Made by a program: the position numbers and the translations under genes
NCBI GenBank assembly: GCA_965603135.1
Contig: CBFDBV010000001.1
Coordinates: 1 to 45,580 of the forward strand
Source of the DNA: an uncultured bacterium
GTDB lineage: Bacteria > Armatimonadota > Zipacnadia > Zipacnadales > UBA5352
Length of the DNA stretch: 45,580 nucleotides
Direction: 5' to 3'
Shown here: piece by piece, positions 23,717-31,977 of the stretch
How the letters are laid out: the number at the start of each line of letters is the position of its first letter
Numbering within the stretch: the stretch's first letter is position 1
The notes under the pieces: model-generated
Told to the model about the DNA's origin: nothing
What the model saw: only the letters and a program-made list of their open reading frames with translations
Database searches by the model: none

Positions 23717-26578
23717 GTGGCATGGCAAGGCAATCACTGGAGCAGAATTGCAGCAAAGCAGTTGGCGCTGTCGGGATGGGTGTTCTGCGCACTGCTGCTT
23801 GCGTCGCACGTCGCCCAGGCGCAGACCTATGCAATCGAGGTTATGCATCCAGCGGGCCTCACGCGGCTGCTCGTGGCCGACCCCAGGCTGATCCAGGTCG
23901 GCACCACCGGCACCCCTCCCCGGCCGACCTATGTCTATCGGCCGGCGGGGCGCTTCCAACTGTGGACCGGCTCCACCGTAGCGGCCGGTGGTAGCCCTCT
24001 GGTAGCGGGCGACGAGAACCTGCCGATCGCCAGCGCGGCGTACCTAGGCGGCACCACCTGGAACTTGCTGGACTTCACCTCCAAGCTGACGATCTCGGTG
24101 GACTACCAGCAAGGAACCGGCACCGGTGGCCTCTTCGACATCCACGACCTGATGTACGGGCAGTCGGCGACGACGGACCCCGCGGCCCTGCCCGTGTGGT
24201 GGCAACAGGCGCCGGTGGCCGGCGCGCGCGACGTATCGGGAATCGCCTACCTTGACCCGACCGGGGCGGACCCGGTGGCGGGAGCGCCGATGCTGCGCGT
24301 CCGGCACACCTTCGCCCTGGTGCACGATGCGGTGATGCTGGAGTACATCGTCTATAACGACACCGCGGCCTCACACGCCGTCGGACTGCGAGTGATGATT
24401 GACGCCCGGTTCGGCGGAGCCTCCGATCGGGACGGCACCTACATCGTGCTGGATGATGGCTCGGTGATCTCGGCCGAAGCGAAGATGCCTGACCCGAACT
24501 ACCCGGGTCAGGTTATGCCCAAGACCTGGGTGAGCTACGACGACGTGGACAACCCGCTGGTGGCCGTGAGGGGGACGGTGGATGCGGCGGAAGTGCACAA
24601 CGCGAGCATAGCGACCGAGAGTGCCGGCCTGCCCGACGAGATTGGCTTCGGGCAGTACCGGAACATCGGGATGACGAATCAGTTCGATTTCGTGCCTAAC
24701 CCTGGCGCCGCCCTGACCGGCGAGGACTGGGCCTACGCGGTGAAGTGGGAGGAGCGCCAGCTCGGGCCCGGTCAGAGCCGCCGCTATGTCACGTACTATG
24801 GTCTGGGCGCGGCCGCGGTTGACTACGATCCGCCGTACGCGCTGGCGGCGTATGCGCCGGCGAAGCTGAATGTGGTGGCCGCGGATGACCCCTCGACGCC
24901 GCAGGTGGAGCAGTACTACCTGACGGATCAGAGTGGGCAGTCGCCCTTCCCGCTGACGGCGCTACTGGACAACTTCGGGGCGGGGCCGATCATCAATGCG
25001 GGCGTGCGCATCAGTCTCCCCTCCGGGCTCGAGCTTTCGCCGGACACGCAACCGCGCACCATCAACCTGGGCGTGATAAACCGAAATCAGGCGCCGCTGC
25101 CGCAGGCGCAGTGGATGGTGCGGGCCACGGCCCTGCGTCCGGGGTGGGCCGAGGTGAAGTTCACCGGCCCCATGGGCAAGGTCGTGAGCAGGACGATCAG
25201 CATCCCGGCGATCCCGGTCATATCGCCGCTGCCCTCGCTGGTGGGCCTGGAGATGCTCTCGGTGCCGTATGAGTTTGTCAACTCGGATGCGTCAAACGTC
25301 TTTGGCAGCCTGACGGACTCGGTATTCCCGGGCGGGCCGGTGGCGCTGTGGCGGTGGAACCCGACCAGTCAGGATTACAGGGCGTATCCGGATCCGTGGA
25401 CCGGGAACATCGCGCCGGGCAGGGGCTACTGGCTGCTGAACCAGAACCGGGAGAGCGTGGTGCTGCCGCCGACGGCGCAGCCGGTCCCGGCCAACCAGAC
25501 CTACGGGGTGCCGCTGGAGGCCGGCTGGAACCAGATCGGCAATCCCTTCGTGGTGCCGCTGGGCTTCTACAAGATACGGGTGATCGGGCCGCAGGGCGTT
25601 GAGTGGTCCATGGCCGATGCGATCACGCGAGGCCTGCTGCTGCCCGTGCTGTACGCGTATGACGCGGAAGCGAACGAGTACACCTGGGCGACGTCAATGC
25701 AGCAGACGGAGGTTGTGCCCTACCACGGGTACTGGCTGCTGAGCTACGCGGACATAACGCTGCTGTTCCCGCCGCCGACGTTGTTTGGGCCGGCGTCAGT
25801 GGCTGAAGCGACCGTGCCCGGGGATGAGGACGACGGGTGGCGGGTGGGCCTGGAGGTGGCGGCAGCGGGTCAGAGCCGAACGGGACGCAGCTTCGGCGTC
25901 TCTGCGAGCGCGGAGAACGGCGTGGACCTTGCCGATGTCCCAAGCCCACCGTCCGTGTTCAGGCCAGGCCCGACGCTGGACGCGTTCTTCACGATGGGCG
26001 CAGACTTCAGCGGCGCTCCCTACCTGGTGGATGTCAAGGCAGATGGCGGAGGCGAGCGGACCTGGGCCTTCACGGTCGTGGCCGAGGCCGCGGGCGCGCC
26101 GGTGACAATCAGGTGGCCCTCCCTGTCCGCGGAGCTGCCCAGGGATCTGGTGGCGACGCTGGAGGATGTGAGCGCGGGACGCAGGACGTACATGCGCACG
26201 AGCGGCGCGTACACGTACAACCCCGGCGTGGGCGGCGCGCGGCAGTTCAGGGTCCTGGTGCGGCCCCGAGCGGGGGCAACCCTTGGGCTGACGGGCGTGA
26301 CCTGCGCGCAGGTGGACGTGGGTGGGGTCGCGGTCGCTTACACGCTGAACGCCGAGGCGAAGGTTGACGTGGAGGTGCGCAACATCGCGGGCCGAATCGT
26401 GCGCCGGGTGGCCGTGGACAAGGCCTGCGCAGCCGGACAGAACACAGTGGTGTGGTCCGGCGTGGACGAGCGCGGGATGAGGGTGCCCGCGGGGCTGTAT
26501 GTGGTGCAGGTGACGGCGCGGTCGCCTGATACGGGCGAGAGTATGAGCGTGATTCGCACCGCGCAAGTGTGGCGATAG
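23717..26578 (+). CDS. Secreted protein of unknown function (protein D) carrying the shared C-terminal module
   Basis: GTG 23717 sits about 10 nt after GAGAGGAG. The ORF is open from 23639 but that would overlap the S8 gene. Signal peptide LALSGWVFCALLLASHVAQA|Q. In the ~500-aa N-terminal region I recognise no family. C-terminal module 25232-26575 (GYWLL, GWNQIGNPF, HGYWLL, IRWPSL, YMRTSGAYTY, VEVRNIAGRIVRR). Confidence 0.75.
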   Translation: MAWQGNHWSRIAAKQLALSGWVFCALLLASHVAQAQTYAIEVMHPAGLTRLLVADPRLIQVGTTGTPPRPTYVYRPAGRFQLWTGSTVAAGGSPLVAGDENLPIASAAYLGGTTWNLLDFTSKLTISVDYQQGTGTGGLFDIHDLMYGQSATTDPAALPVWWQQAPVAGARDVSGIAYLDPTGADPVAGAPMLRVRHTFALVHDAVMLEYIVYNDTAASHAVGLRVMIDARFGGASDRDGTYIVLDDGSVISAEAKMPDPNYPGQVMPKTWVSYDDVDNPLVAVRGTVDAAEVHNASIATESAGLPDEIGFGQYRNIGMTNQFDFVPNPGAALTGEDWAYAVKWEERQLGPGQSRRYVTYYGLGAAAVDYDPPYALAAYAPAKLNVVAADDPSTPQVEQYYLTDQSGQSPFPLTALLDNFGAGPIINAGVRISLPSGLELSPDTQPRTINLGVINRNQAPLPQAQWMVRATALRPGWAEVKFTGPMGKVVSRTISIPAIPVISPLPSLVGLEMLSVPYEFVNSDASNVFGSLTDSVFPGGPVALWRWNPTSQDYRAYPDPWTGNIAPGRGYWLLNQNRESVVLPPTAQPVPANQTYGVPLEAGWNQIGNPFVVPLGFYKIRVIGPQGVEWSMADAITRGLLLPVLYAYDAEANEYTWATSMQQTEVVPYHGYWLLSYADITLLFPPPTLFGPASVAEATVPGDEDDGWRVGLEVAAAGQSRTGRSFGVSASAENGVDLADVPSPPSVFRPGPTLDAFFTMGADFSGAPYLVDVKADGGGERTWAFTVVAEAAGAPVTIRWPSLSAELPRDLVATLEDVSAGRRTYMRTSGAYTYNPGVGGARQFRVLVRPRAGATLGLTGVTCAQVDVGGVAVAYTLNAEAKVDVEVRNIAGRIVRRVAVDKACAAGQNTVVWSGVDERGMRVPAGLYVVQVTARSPDTGESMSVIRTAQVWR

Positions 26579-26651
26579 GCGGTCCTGGACTTTGGGCGGG
26601 CCGGCAGGAGATGGGGTCACACCAGAGCCGAGCAAATAGGGGAAATGCACG

Positions 26652-27719
26652 ATGACAGCGATCAGATCGAGCAAGCTGGCGCGCCCGGTGAGCATCCTGT
26701 TGATGGCCGCGATGATGGCCCTGTCACTGCCGGTCGGGTTTGTGACGCCGGCAGAGGCACAAGCGGTGGCAGGGATGCTCCTGCTTTTCCCGGTGTTGGA
26801 CAGAAGTGATGGCGGCCATCCGGACGCTGCGGACCGGATGACCTCGGCGCTGCAAATGGCGATCGCGGAGGCCACGGGCCTGCGCTGCGCGGAGTTCTCG
26901 GCCAGCTCCCCGATGGTCAGGCGCGCGGTGAAGGAGGGGCAGATCCGCTCGGTGGACGTCGAGGCTGAGGTGGCCGATCCCGTCAAGGCCATCCAGATCG
27001 GCTACGCGCTTGGAGTGGACGAGGTGTGCCTGGCGATGATAACCTCCATCACGGTTCAGGAGGAGCCTCGGCGTTTCGAGGTGGTGCTGGCCGGGCAGAC
27101 CTACGACGTAGCCTCGAATGTTGACCTGGAGAGCAGGCAGGTGGTGGAGAAGCCGGTGGTGAGCAGCAGCTTCGGGGTTTCGGGCCAGAGTCTGGAGAGA
27201 GCGGGCTACACGGGCAGCGACAGCCCGCTGCTGCACGAGGCGATCAAGAAGGCGGCCTGGAAGGCCGCCCAGGTGCTCGCCGGCAAGCCGGCGGCAGAGA
27301 TGGCGGGGGTCGCGCGCAAGCGATCCTCCAACACCTGGAAGTGGATCATCGCGGGCTTGATCGTGGCAGGCCTGGCAATGGCGGCGCATGACTCCACCAG
27401 CCACCCGGCCACCGGCTACTCGCCGGACGCGGTGGCCCCGGTGCCGCTGTCAATGGACATTGAGCCCACGAGCATCCGACTGCACTGGCAGGCCCCGCCG
27501 GGAACATCGCTGGTGGTGCTGCGCTACCAGATACAGCGCGCGGTGAATGGCACCGCGTGGAACTTCATTGACAACGGCAACGTTGACGCGAACGACACCA
27601 GCTTCGCGGACTTCAACGTCACCGGTAGCAACACCTACGCCTACCGCATCCGGGCCCAGTACACCACGTCCGGGCCCTCGGCGTGGGCGAACTTCGATCA
27701 GGTGACCTTCCCGGATTGA
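26652..27719 (+). CDS. Bitopic envelope protein B2 (shorter paralogue-like counterpart of B1): signal + LpoB/TolB_N-like domain + TM + one FN3 domain
   Basis: Signal VSILLMAAMMALSLPVGFVTPAEA|QA. Alpha/beta domain (LLLFPVLDRSDG...MTSALQMAIAEATGLRCAEF...VDEVCLAMITSI). TM ARKRSSNTWKWIIAGLIVAGLAMAA. FN3 (IRLHWQAPPGTSLVVLRYQIQRAVNGTAW...YAYRIRAQYTTSGPSAW). Confidence 0.7.
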   Translation: MTAIRSSKLARPVSILLMAAMMALSLPVGFVTPAEAQAVAGMLLLFPVLDRSDGGHPDAADRMTSALQMAIAEATGLRCAEFSASSPMVRRAVKEGQIRSVDVEAEVADPVKAIQIGYALGVDEVCLAMITSITVQEEPRRFEVVLAGQTYDVASNVDLESRQVVEKPVVSSSFGVSGQSLERAGYTGSDSPLLHEAIKKAAWKAAQVLAGKPAAEMAGVARKRSSNTWKWIIAGLIVAGLAMAAHDSTSHPATGYSPDAVAPVPLSMDIEPTSIRLHWQAPPGTSLVVLRYQIQRAVNGTAWNFIDNGNVDANDTSFADFNVTGSNTYAYRIRAQYTTSGPSAWANFDQVTFPD

Positions 27720-27738
27720 GGTGTTGGACCGAGGCAGA

Positions 27739-29808
27739 ATGTTGCGAGACAGGTTCGGAGACAGCCGCCACCCGCGGGATGGACGCGTTCCGCGGGTGGC
27801 ATCATTTCGCGTCCTGCTCGGCCGCGTCCCCGGCGTGATCTGCATCTCGGTGGTCGTGGTGCTGGCTGGCTGTTGCGAAAGCGCGCGGGCGCAAGTGCCC
27901 GCTCTAGGGCAGGCCAGGATCGAACTATCCGTGACCCCCCGACGAGTCCCCGCCGACGGGAAGTCCATGGCGCAGATTCGGGCCGAGGTGCGCGACCCTC
28001 AAGGGCGACCGGCTGCCGATGGCACGGAGATGCTCTTTCACATAGAGGGCGGTCATTTGAGTCGAGGCGGGGGAGAGCGGCGAACAGACCTCCGAGTGCC
28101 GACGGCGAACGGCTTCGCGGTGGTCTTTGCCAGCAGCACCCAGGTTGGGCGGGCCAGGATTCGGGTCGAGGCGCTGGGGACTGGAAGCTCGAATGAGGTC
28201 TACGTCTACTTCGTGGAGGAGGGCGCCGCAGCGGAAGCGGAAGCGCAAGCGATTCACGTGCGGGGATCGTGGGTCGGCTACGCGATGGACCTGGGGCTCA
28301 TCGAGGCGCGGGACAACGCTGTCATCACATTCGGGGGGCTGCGCATAGAGGCGGACGATGCGGCGCAGGTTGACCCGGTCAGGCTGACAATCAAGGCGAC
28401 CGGAGCAAGAGCCGGGGTGAAGGTCACATCCGGGGAGGCGTCACTGCACGGGCTGGACCTGTACTATGACATCGGGTCCGGCTGGGGAGCGATCAGGTGG
28501 TTCGGCGAGACACAGGAGGAGAGGACATTCTTCGATGGTTACACCCTCGAAGAGATCGAGCCGCCGGCGGAGCTGCCGGAGGAGGCGTTCCAGCTAGATA
28601 CGGCTGATGCTCAGATGTGGGCAATAGCGCGCAGCATCTCGGTGTTCCCCTATGAGAAGCTCGTGCTGCGGCACGCTTCGGTGTACGCGGACGGACAGCG
28701 CGTGATGAAGCTGCTGAAGTACTGGGTGGTCGCGATGCCCGGCTACACGGGGACCACGCACTCGCAGGTGTTCGGGGTCAACTCCGACGGCGACATTGCG
28801 GTTGACTTCCCGTTCTTCTACCGGGTGAGCGAGGAGAGCACCGGGTCAATCAAGCTGCAACACGCGGCGGTGGGCGGCAGTGTGGTGGCGCGCAGCAAGT
28901 GGTCGCTGGCGCTGGAGGAGGCTTACGACAAAGGCGATGCCGAGGGCACGGTGACGGTCAGCGGCCTGCCGCGCGAGGACTGGGGGATGGAGTGGCGGGA
29001 CTCGCGCAGGCTGTGGGGAGGCCGGGAGGGGCACTTCAACGTCTACCTGCCGGAGCATCACAGCGTGTTTGCCGACGCGAGCGTGTATCAGTGGGACGAG
29101 GCCTACCGGCTGAACCTGCGCGCTCACTTTGAGAGGCCCCGGTGGTACGATGAGTCGTACGGCGCAAGCGCGGACTGGCTCACGCACAGCCAGCCGCTTG
29201 GACGATGGAAGGCGAGCTATCGCCTGGGCACCGCGGTCGGGCTGCGGCACTACGCGGGCTTCGACCACGGGCTGGTGGGTGAGCACGAGATCTATGCGGC
29301 ACTGGACTTCCCGCGCAAGCACCTGGACGAGCGGACGACACTGACCCCCACGATCAGCAACCTCTTCGCCTGGGATACGGGCGGCTATCGCCGCGAGAGC
29401 ATACGCGGGCAGCTTCGCCTGCGCCGGGTCATCAGCAGCAGCGCGTCTATGCGGCTCTCCTATACGCCGCAGTTCACCAGCGGGGACCACTCGCGCGGCC
29501 TGGAGCACCTCTTCGGCCTACACGTGCGATGGTATCATGGGGCCCGCTGGCACAGCTACCTGTCAGGCACCTACGAGCTGCCGGACGACGATGCCTACCT
29601 CTACTGGCTGCTCGACTACCACCCCCGCCGGAAGTGGCGCATCGGGCTGGCGGCCTCGTACTACCGGTTCAGCGAGGGGAGCTACGATGACTTCCAGATC
29701 ACGGTCGCGCGGGAGCTGGCCGGCCGCGAGATCGGTCTGCGCTGGTCGGAGGAGCGCGATACCATCTCCCTGGAGCTGGGCGGCTACGGGGGCTTGACCA
29801 CGTTCTGA
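27739..29808 (+). CDS. Lipobox-bearing protein E: Big_1 (invasin/intimin-type Ig) domain + OstA/LptD-like stretch + predicted outer-membrane beta-barrel
   Basis: Lipobox VVVLAGC|CES. Big_1-like ARIELSVTPRRVPADGKSMAQIRAEVRDPQGRPAADGTEMLFHIEGG...GRARIRVEA. The C-terminal ~450 aa is full of alternating amphipathic strands (IRGQLRLRRVISSSASMRLSYTPQF, LFGLHVRWYHGARWHSYLSGTYEL, KWRIGLAASYYRF, ISLELGGYGGLTTF) and ends in Phe, like OMP beta-signals. ATG 27739 sits after GAGG; the ORF is open from GTG 27721. Confidence 0.6.
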   Translation: MLRDRFGDSRHPRDGRVPRVASFRVLLGRVPGVICISVVVVLAGCCESARAQVPALGQARIELSVTPRRVPADGKSMAQIRAEVRDPQGRPAADGTEMLFHIEGGHLSRGGGERRTDLRVPTANGFAVVFASSTQVGRARIRVEALGTGSSNEVYVYFVEEGAAAEAEAQAIHVRGSWVGYAMDLGLIEARDNAVITFGGLRIEADDAAQVDPVRLTIKATGARAGVKVTSGEASLHGLDLYYDIGSGWGAIRWFGETQEERTFFDGYTLEEIEPPAELPEEAFQLDTADAQMWAIARSISVFPYEKLVLRHASVYADGQRVMKLLKYWVVAMPGYTGTTHSQVFGVNSDGDIAVDFPFFYRVSEESTGSIKLQHAAVGGSVVARSKWSLALEEAYDKGDAEGTVTVSGLPREDWGMEWRDSRRLWGGREGHFNVYLPEHHSVFADASVYQWDEAYRLNLRAHFERPRWYDESYGASADWLTHSQPLGRWKASYRLGTAVGLRHYAGFDHGLVGEHEIYAALDFPRKHLDERTTLTPTISNLFAWDTGGYRRESIRGQLRLRRVISSSASMRLSYTPQFTSGDHSRGLEHLFGLHVRWYHGARWHSYLSGTYELPDDDAYLYWLLDYHPRRKWRIGLAASYYRFSEGSYDDFQITVARELAGREIGLRWSEERDTISLELGGYGGLTTF

Positions 29809-29837
29809 GCGGCTTGGGCGCTTCCCCAGAGAAGCCG

Positions 29838-29873
29838 TGTGCGATACACAACTCCCCGGCCTTGTGGTATCAT
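29838..29873 (+). promoter_or_regulatory. Putative uvrB promoter (extended -10) overlapped by a TGTG-N5-CACA palindrome
   Basis: TACACA (29845-29850), a 17-nt spacer ending in TGG, then TATCAT (29868-29873). The palindrome TGTGCGATACACA at 29838-29850 covers the -35 position. Confidence 0.35.
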
Positions 29874-29967
29874 AGGCCCAGGAAGGTCCTCTGGTGTGAT
29901 TCCGGCCCCCGTGCGGCGGCCGGAGCTTTCGGGCGTGCGTCAAGCAGGGAGGCTCGGGGCAGGAAGT

Positions 29968-31953
29968 ATGCCACGCTTTGAGGTCGTAGCGGATTTCGAG
30001 CCCACCGGCGATCAGCCGAAGGCAATCGAGCGCCTGGCCGCCGGCATCGAGGAGGGCTACCGCCACCAGGTGATGCTGGGTATCACCGGATCGGGGAAGA
30101 CGTACACGGTGGCGAAGATCATCGAGGCCGTGCAGCGGCCCACGCTGGTCATCGCGCACAACAAGACGCTGGCGGCGCAGCTCTGCGCCGAGTTCCGCGA
30201 GTTCTTCCCCAGCAACGCGGTCGAGTACTTCGTGAGCTACTACGACTACTACCAGCCCGAGGCCTACCTGCCGGCGACCGACACCTACATCGAGAAGGAC
30301 TCGCAGGTGAACGATGAGATTGACCGGCTGCGGCACTCGGCGACACAGGCGGTGATGGAGCGACGAGATGTCGTGGTGGTCGCCTCGGTGTCGTGCATCT
30401 TCGGGCTGGGCTCCCCCCAGCAGTACGAGGAAGGGACCCTGACGCTGCGCAGGGGCCAGCGGATAGACCGCGACGAGATGCTGCGGCGGCTGGTGGATAT
30501 GCGGTTCAACCGCAGCGACATGGTTTCCGGGCGCGGGACCTTTCGCGTGCGCGGCGACGTGGTGGAGATAACGCCGATGGACGAGGACCTGGTGACGCGG
30601 GTGGAGATGTTCGGCGAGGAGATCGAGCGCATAATGACGCTCGACCATCTGACCGGGGAGATCGTGGAGGAGAAGGAGCGGGCGATGATATTCCCGGCGA
30701 CACACTTCGTCACCTCGCGCGACCGGCTTGAGCGTGCCATCGGGGAGATAATGAAGGAACTGGCCGAGCGGCTGGAGTACTTCCACCGCGAGGGGATGCT
30801 GCTGGAGGCCCAGCGCCTGGAGCAGCGCACACTCTACGACCTGGAGATGATGCGGGAGGTCGGCTACTGCCAGGGGATCGAGAACTACTCGCGCCACCTG
30901 GACGGACGCCGGCCGGGACAGCCGCCATCGCCGCTGATGGACTACTTCCCGGAGGACAAGCTCGTCGTGGTGGACGAGTCGCACCAGACCATACCGCAGA
31001 TACAGGCGATGTACCACGGGGACCTCTCGCGCAAGCTGAATCTGGTGCGGCACGGGTTCCGGCTGCCCTCGGCGCTGGACAATCGGCCACTGACCTTCAC
31101 GGAGTGGGAGAGGCGGGCCGCGCACGTGTTGTACACCTCCGCGACGCCCGGGCCGTACGAGATGGAGCGGGCCTCACAGGTCGCTGAACTGGTCATCAGG
31201 CCGACGGGACTGGTGGACCCCGATGTCGAGGTCCGACCCACCCGGGGCCAGGTTGATGACCTCATCGGCGAGATACGCGCGCGGGTGGAGAGCGGGCAGC
31301 GGGTCCTGGTGACCACGCTGACCAAGCGGATGGCCGAGGACTTGAGCGACTACCTGGCGGAGTTGGACATTCGGGTGCACTACCTGCACTCGGACATCCA
31401 GACCATCGAGCGGTCCGAGTTGCTGCGCGACCTGCGGCTGGGGACCTTCGATGTGCTGGTGGGCATCAACCTGCTGCGGGAGGGGCTGGACCTGCCCGAG
31501 GTGTCGCTGGTGGCGATTCTGGACGCGGACCGCGAGGGCTTCCTGCGCTCGGAGACCTCGCTGATTCAGACCATGGGCCGGGCGGCCCGCAACGTCGAGG
31601 GCAAGGTCATTATGTACGCCGACGAGATGACCGACTCCATGCGCAGGGCCATCGAGGAGACCGAGCGGCGCAGGCGCAAGCAGATCGCCTACAACGAGGC
31701 GCACGGCATCGAGCCGCAGACGATCCGGAAGGCGGTGCGCGACACGATCCGGTCTCATGAGCAGGCCGCCGATCAGGCGGCAAGGATGGTGCCCGCTGAG
31801 GCGGTCGGGGAGCTTGCGGCCGCGGACCTGGATGCCCTCATCGCGGCGCTGGAGGACGAGATGCGGACAGCCTCCGAGGAGCTGGAGTTCGAGCGTGCGG
31901 CGGAGCTTCGCGACGAGATCGAGGAGCTTCGACAGCGCGCGGGAACGAGCTAG
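29968..31953 (+). CDS. uvrB: Excinuclease ABC subunit B
   Basis: [23 protein letters not shown], Walker A GITGSGKT, beta-hairpin region [14 protein letters not shown] box VVDESHQT, helicase motifs, and the C-terminal UVR domain [18 protein letters not shown]. The ORF is open from 29839 but homology begins at the ATG at 29968. Confidence 0.97.
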   Translation: MPRFEVVADFEPTGDQPKAIERLAAGIEEGYRHQVMLGITGSGKTYTVAKIIEAVQRPTLVIAHNKTLAAQLCAEFREFFPSNAVEYFVSYYDYYQPEAYLPATDTYIEKDSQVNDEIDRLRHSATQAVMERRDVVVVASVSCIFGLGSPQQYEEGTLTLRRGQRIDRDEMLRRLVDMRFNRSDMVSGRGTFRVRGDVVEITPMDEDLVTRVEMFGEEIERIMTLDHLTGEIVEEKERAMIFPATHFVTSRDRLERAIGEIMKELAERLEYFHREGMLLEAQRLEQRTLYDLEMMREVGYCQGIENYSRHLDGRRPGQPPSPLMDYFPEDKLVVVDESHQTIPQIQAMYHGDLSRKLNLVRHGFRLPSALDNRPLTFTEWERRAAHVLYTSATPGPYEMERASQVAELVIRPTGLVDPDVEVRPTRGQVDDLIGEIRARVESGQRVLVTTLTKRMAEDLSDYLAELDIRVHYLHSDIQTIERSELLRDLRLGTFDVLVGINLLREGLDLPEVSLVAILDADREGFLRSETSLIQTMGRAARNVEGKVIMYADEMTDSMRRAIEETERRRRKQIAYNEAHGIEPQTIRKAVRDTIRSHEQAADQAARMVPAEAVGELAAADLDALIAALEDEMRTASEELEFERAAELRDEIEELRQRAGTS

Positions 31954-31977
31954 CGGCAGGAGGTTCGGTGGGAGCCG

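Noticed and set aside
26607-26623. Possible degenerate third copy of the GGGGATGGGGACAGTCACC element after protein D (GGAGATGGGGTCACACC)
   Set aside because: Only about 12 matching bases with a deletion, and no complementary arm to form the hairpin. The resemblance could be chance in G-rich DNA.
14342-26992. Long minus-strand ORFs inside the envelope locus (14342-15877, 18800-20227, 20359-21657, 22141-23733, 25796-26992)
   Set aside because: Each lies antisense to a plus-strand gene with recognisable domains (CarboxypepD_reg, C11, S8, the shared module). Their translations are Arg/His/Pro-rich without signal peptides or motifs.
11606-29808. Labelling the locus as a type IX secretion system cargo cluster
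   Set aside because: The terminal ~85 aa do look like FlgD-Ig/T9SS CTDs. However, no gld/por/spr core gene is present in 45 kb, and the conserved unit is far longer than a CTD. FlgD-Ig-like ends also occur outside T9SS-bearing phyla. I therefore kept this as an analogy, not a call.
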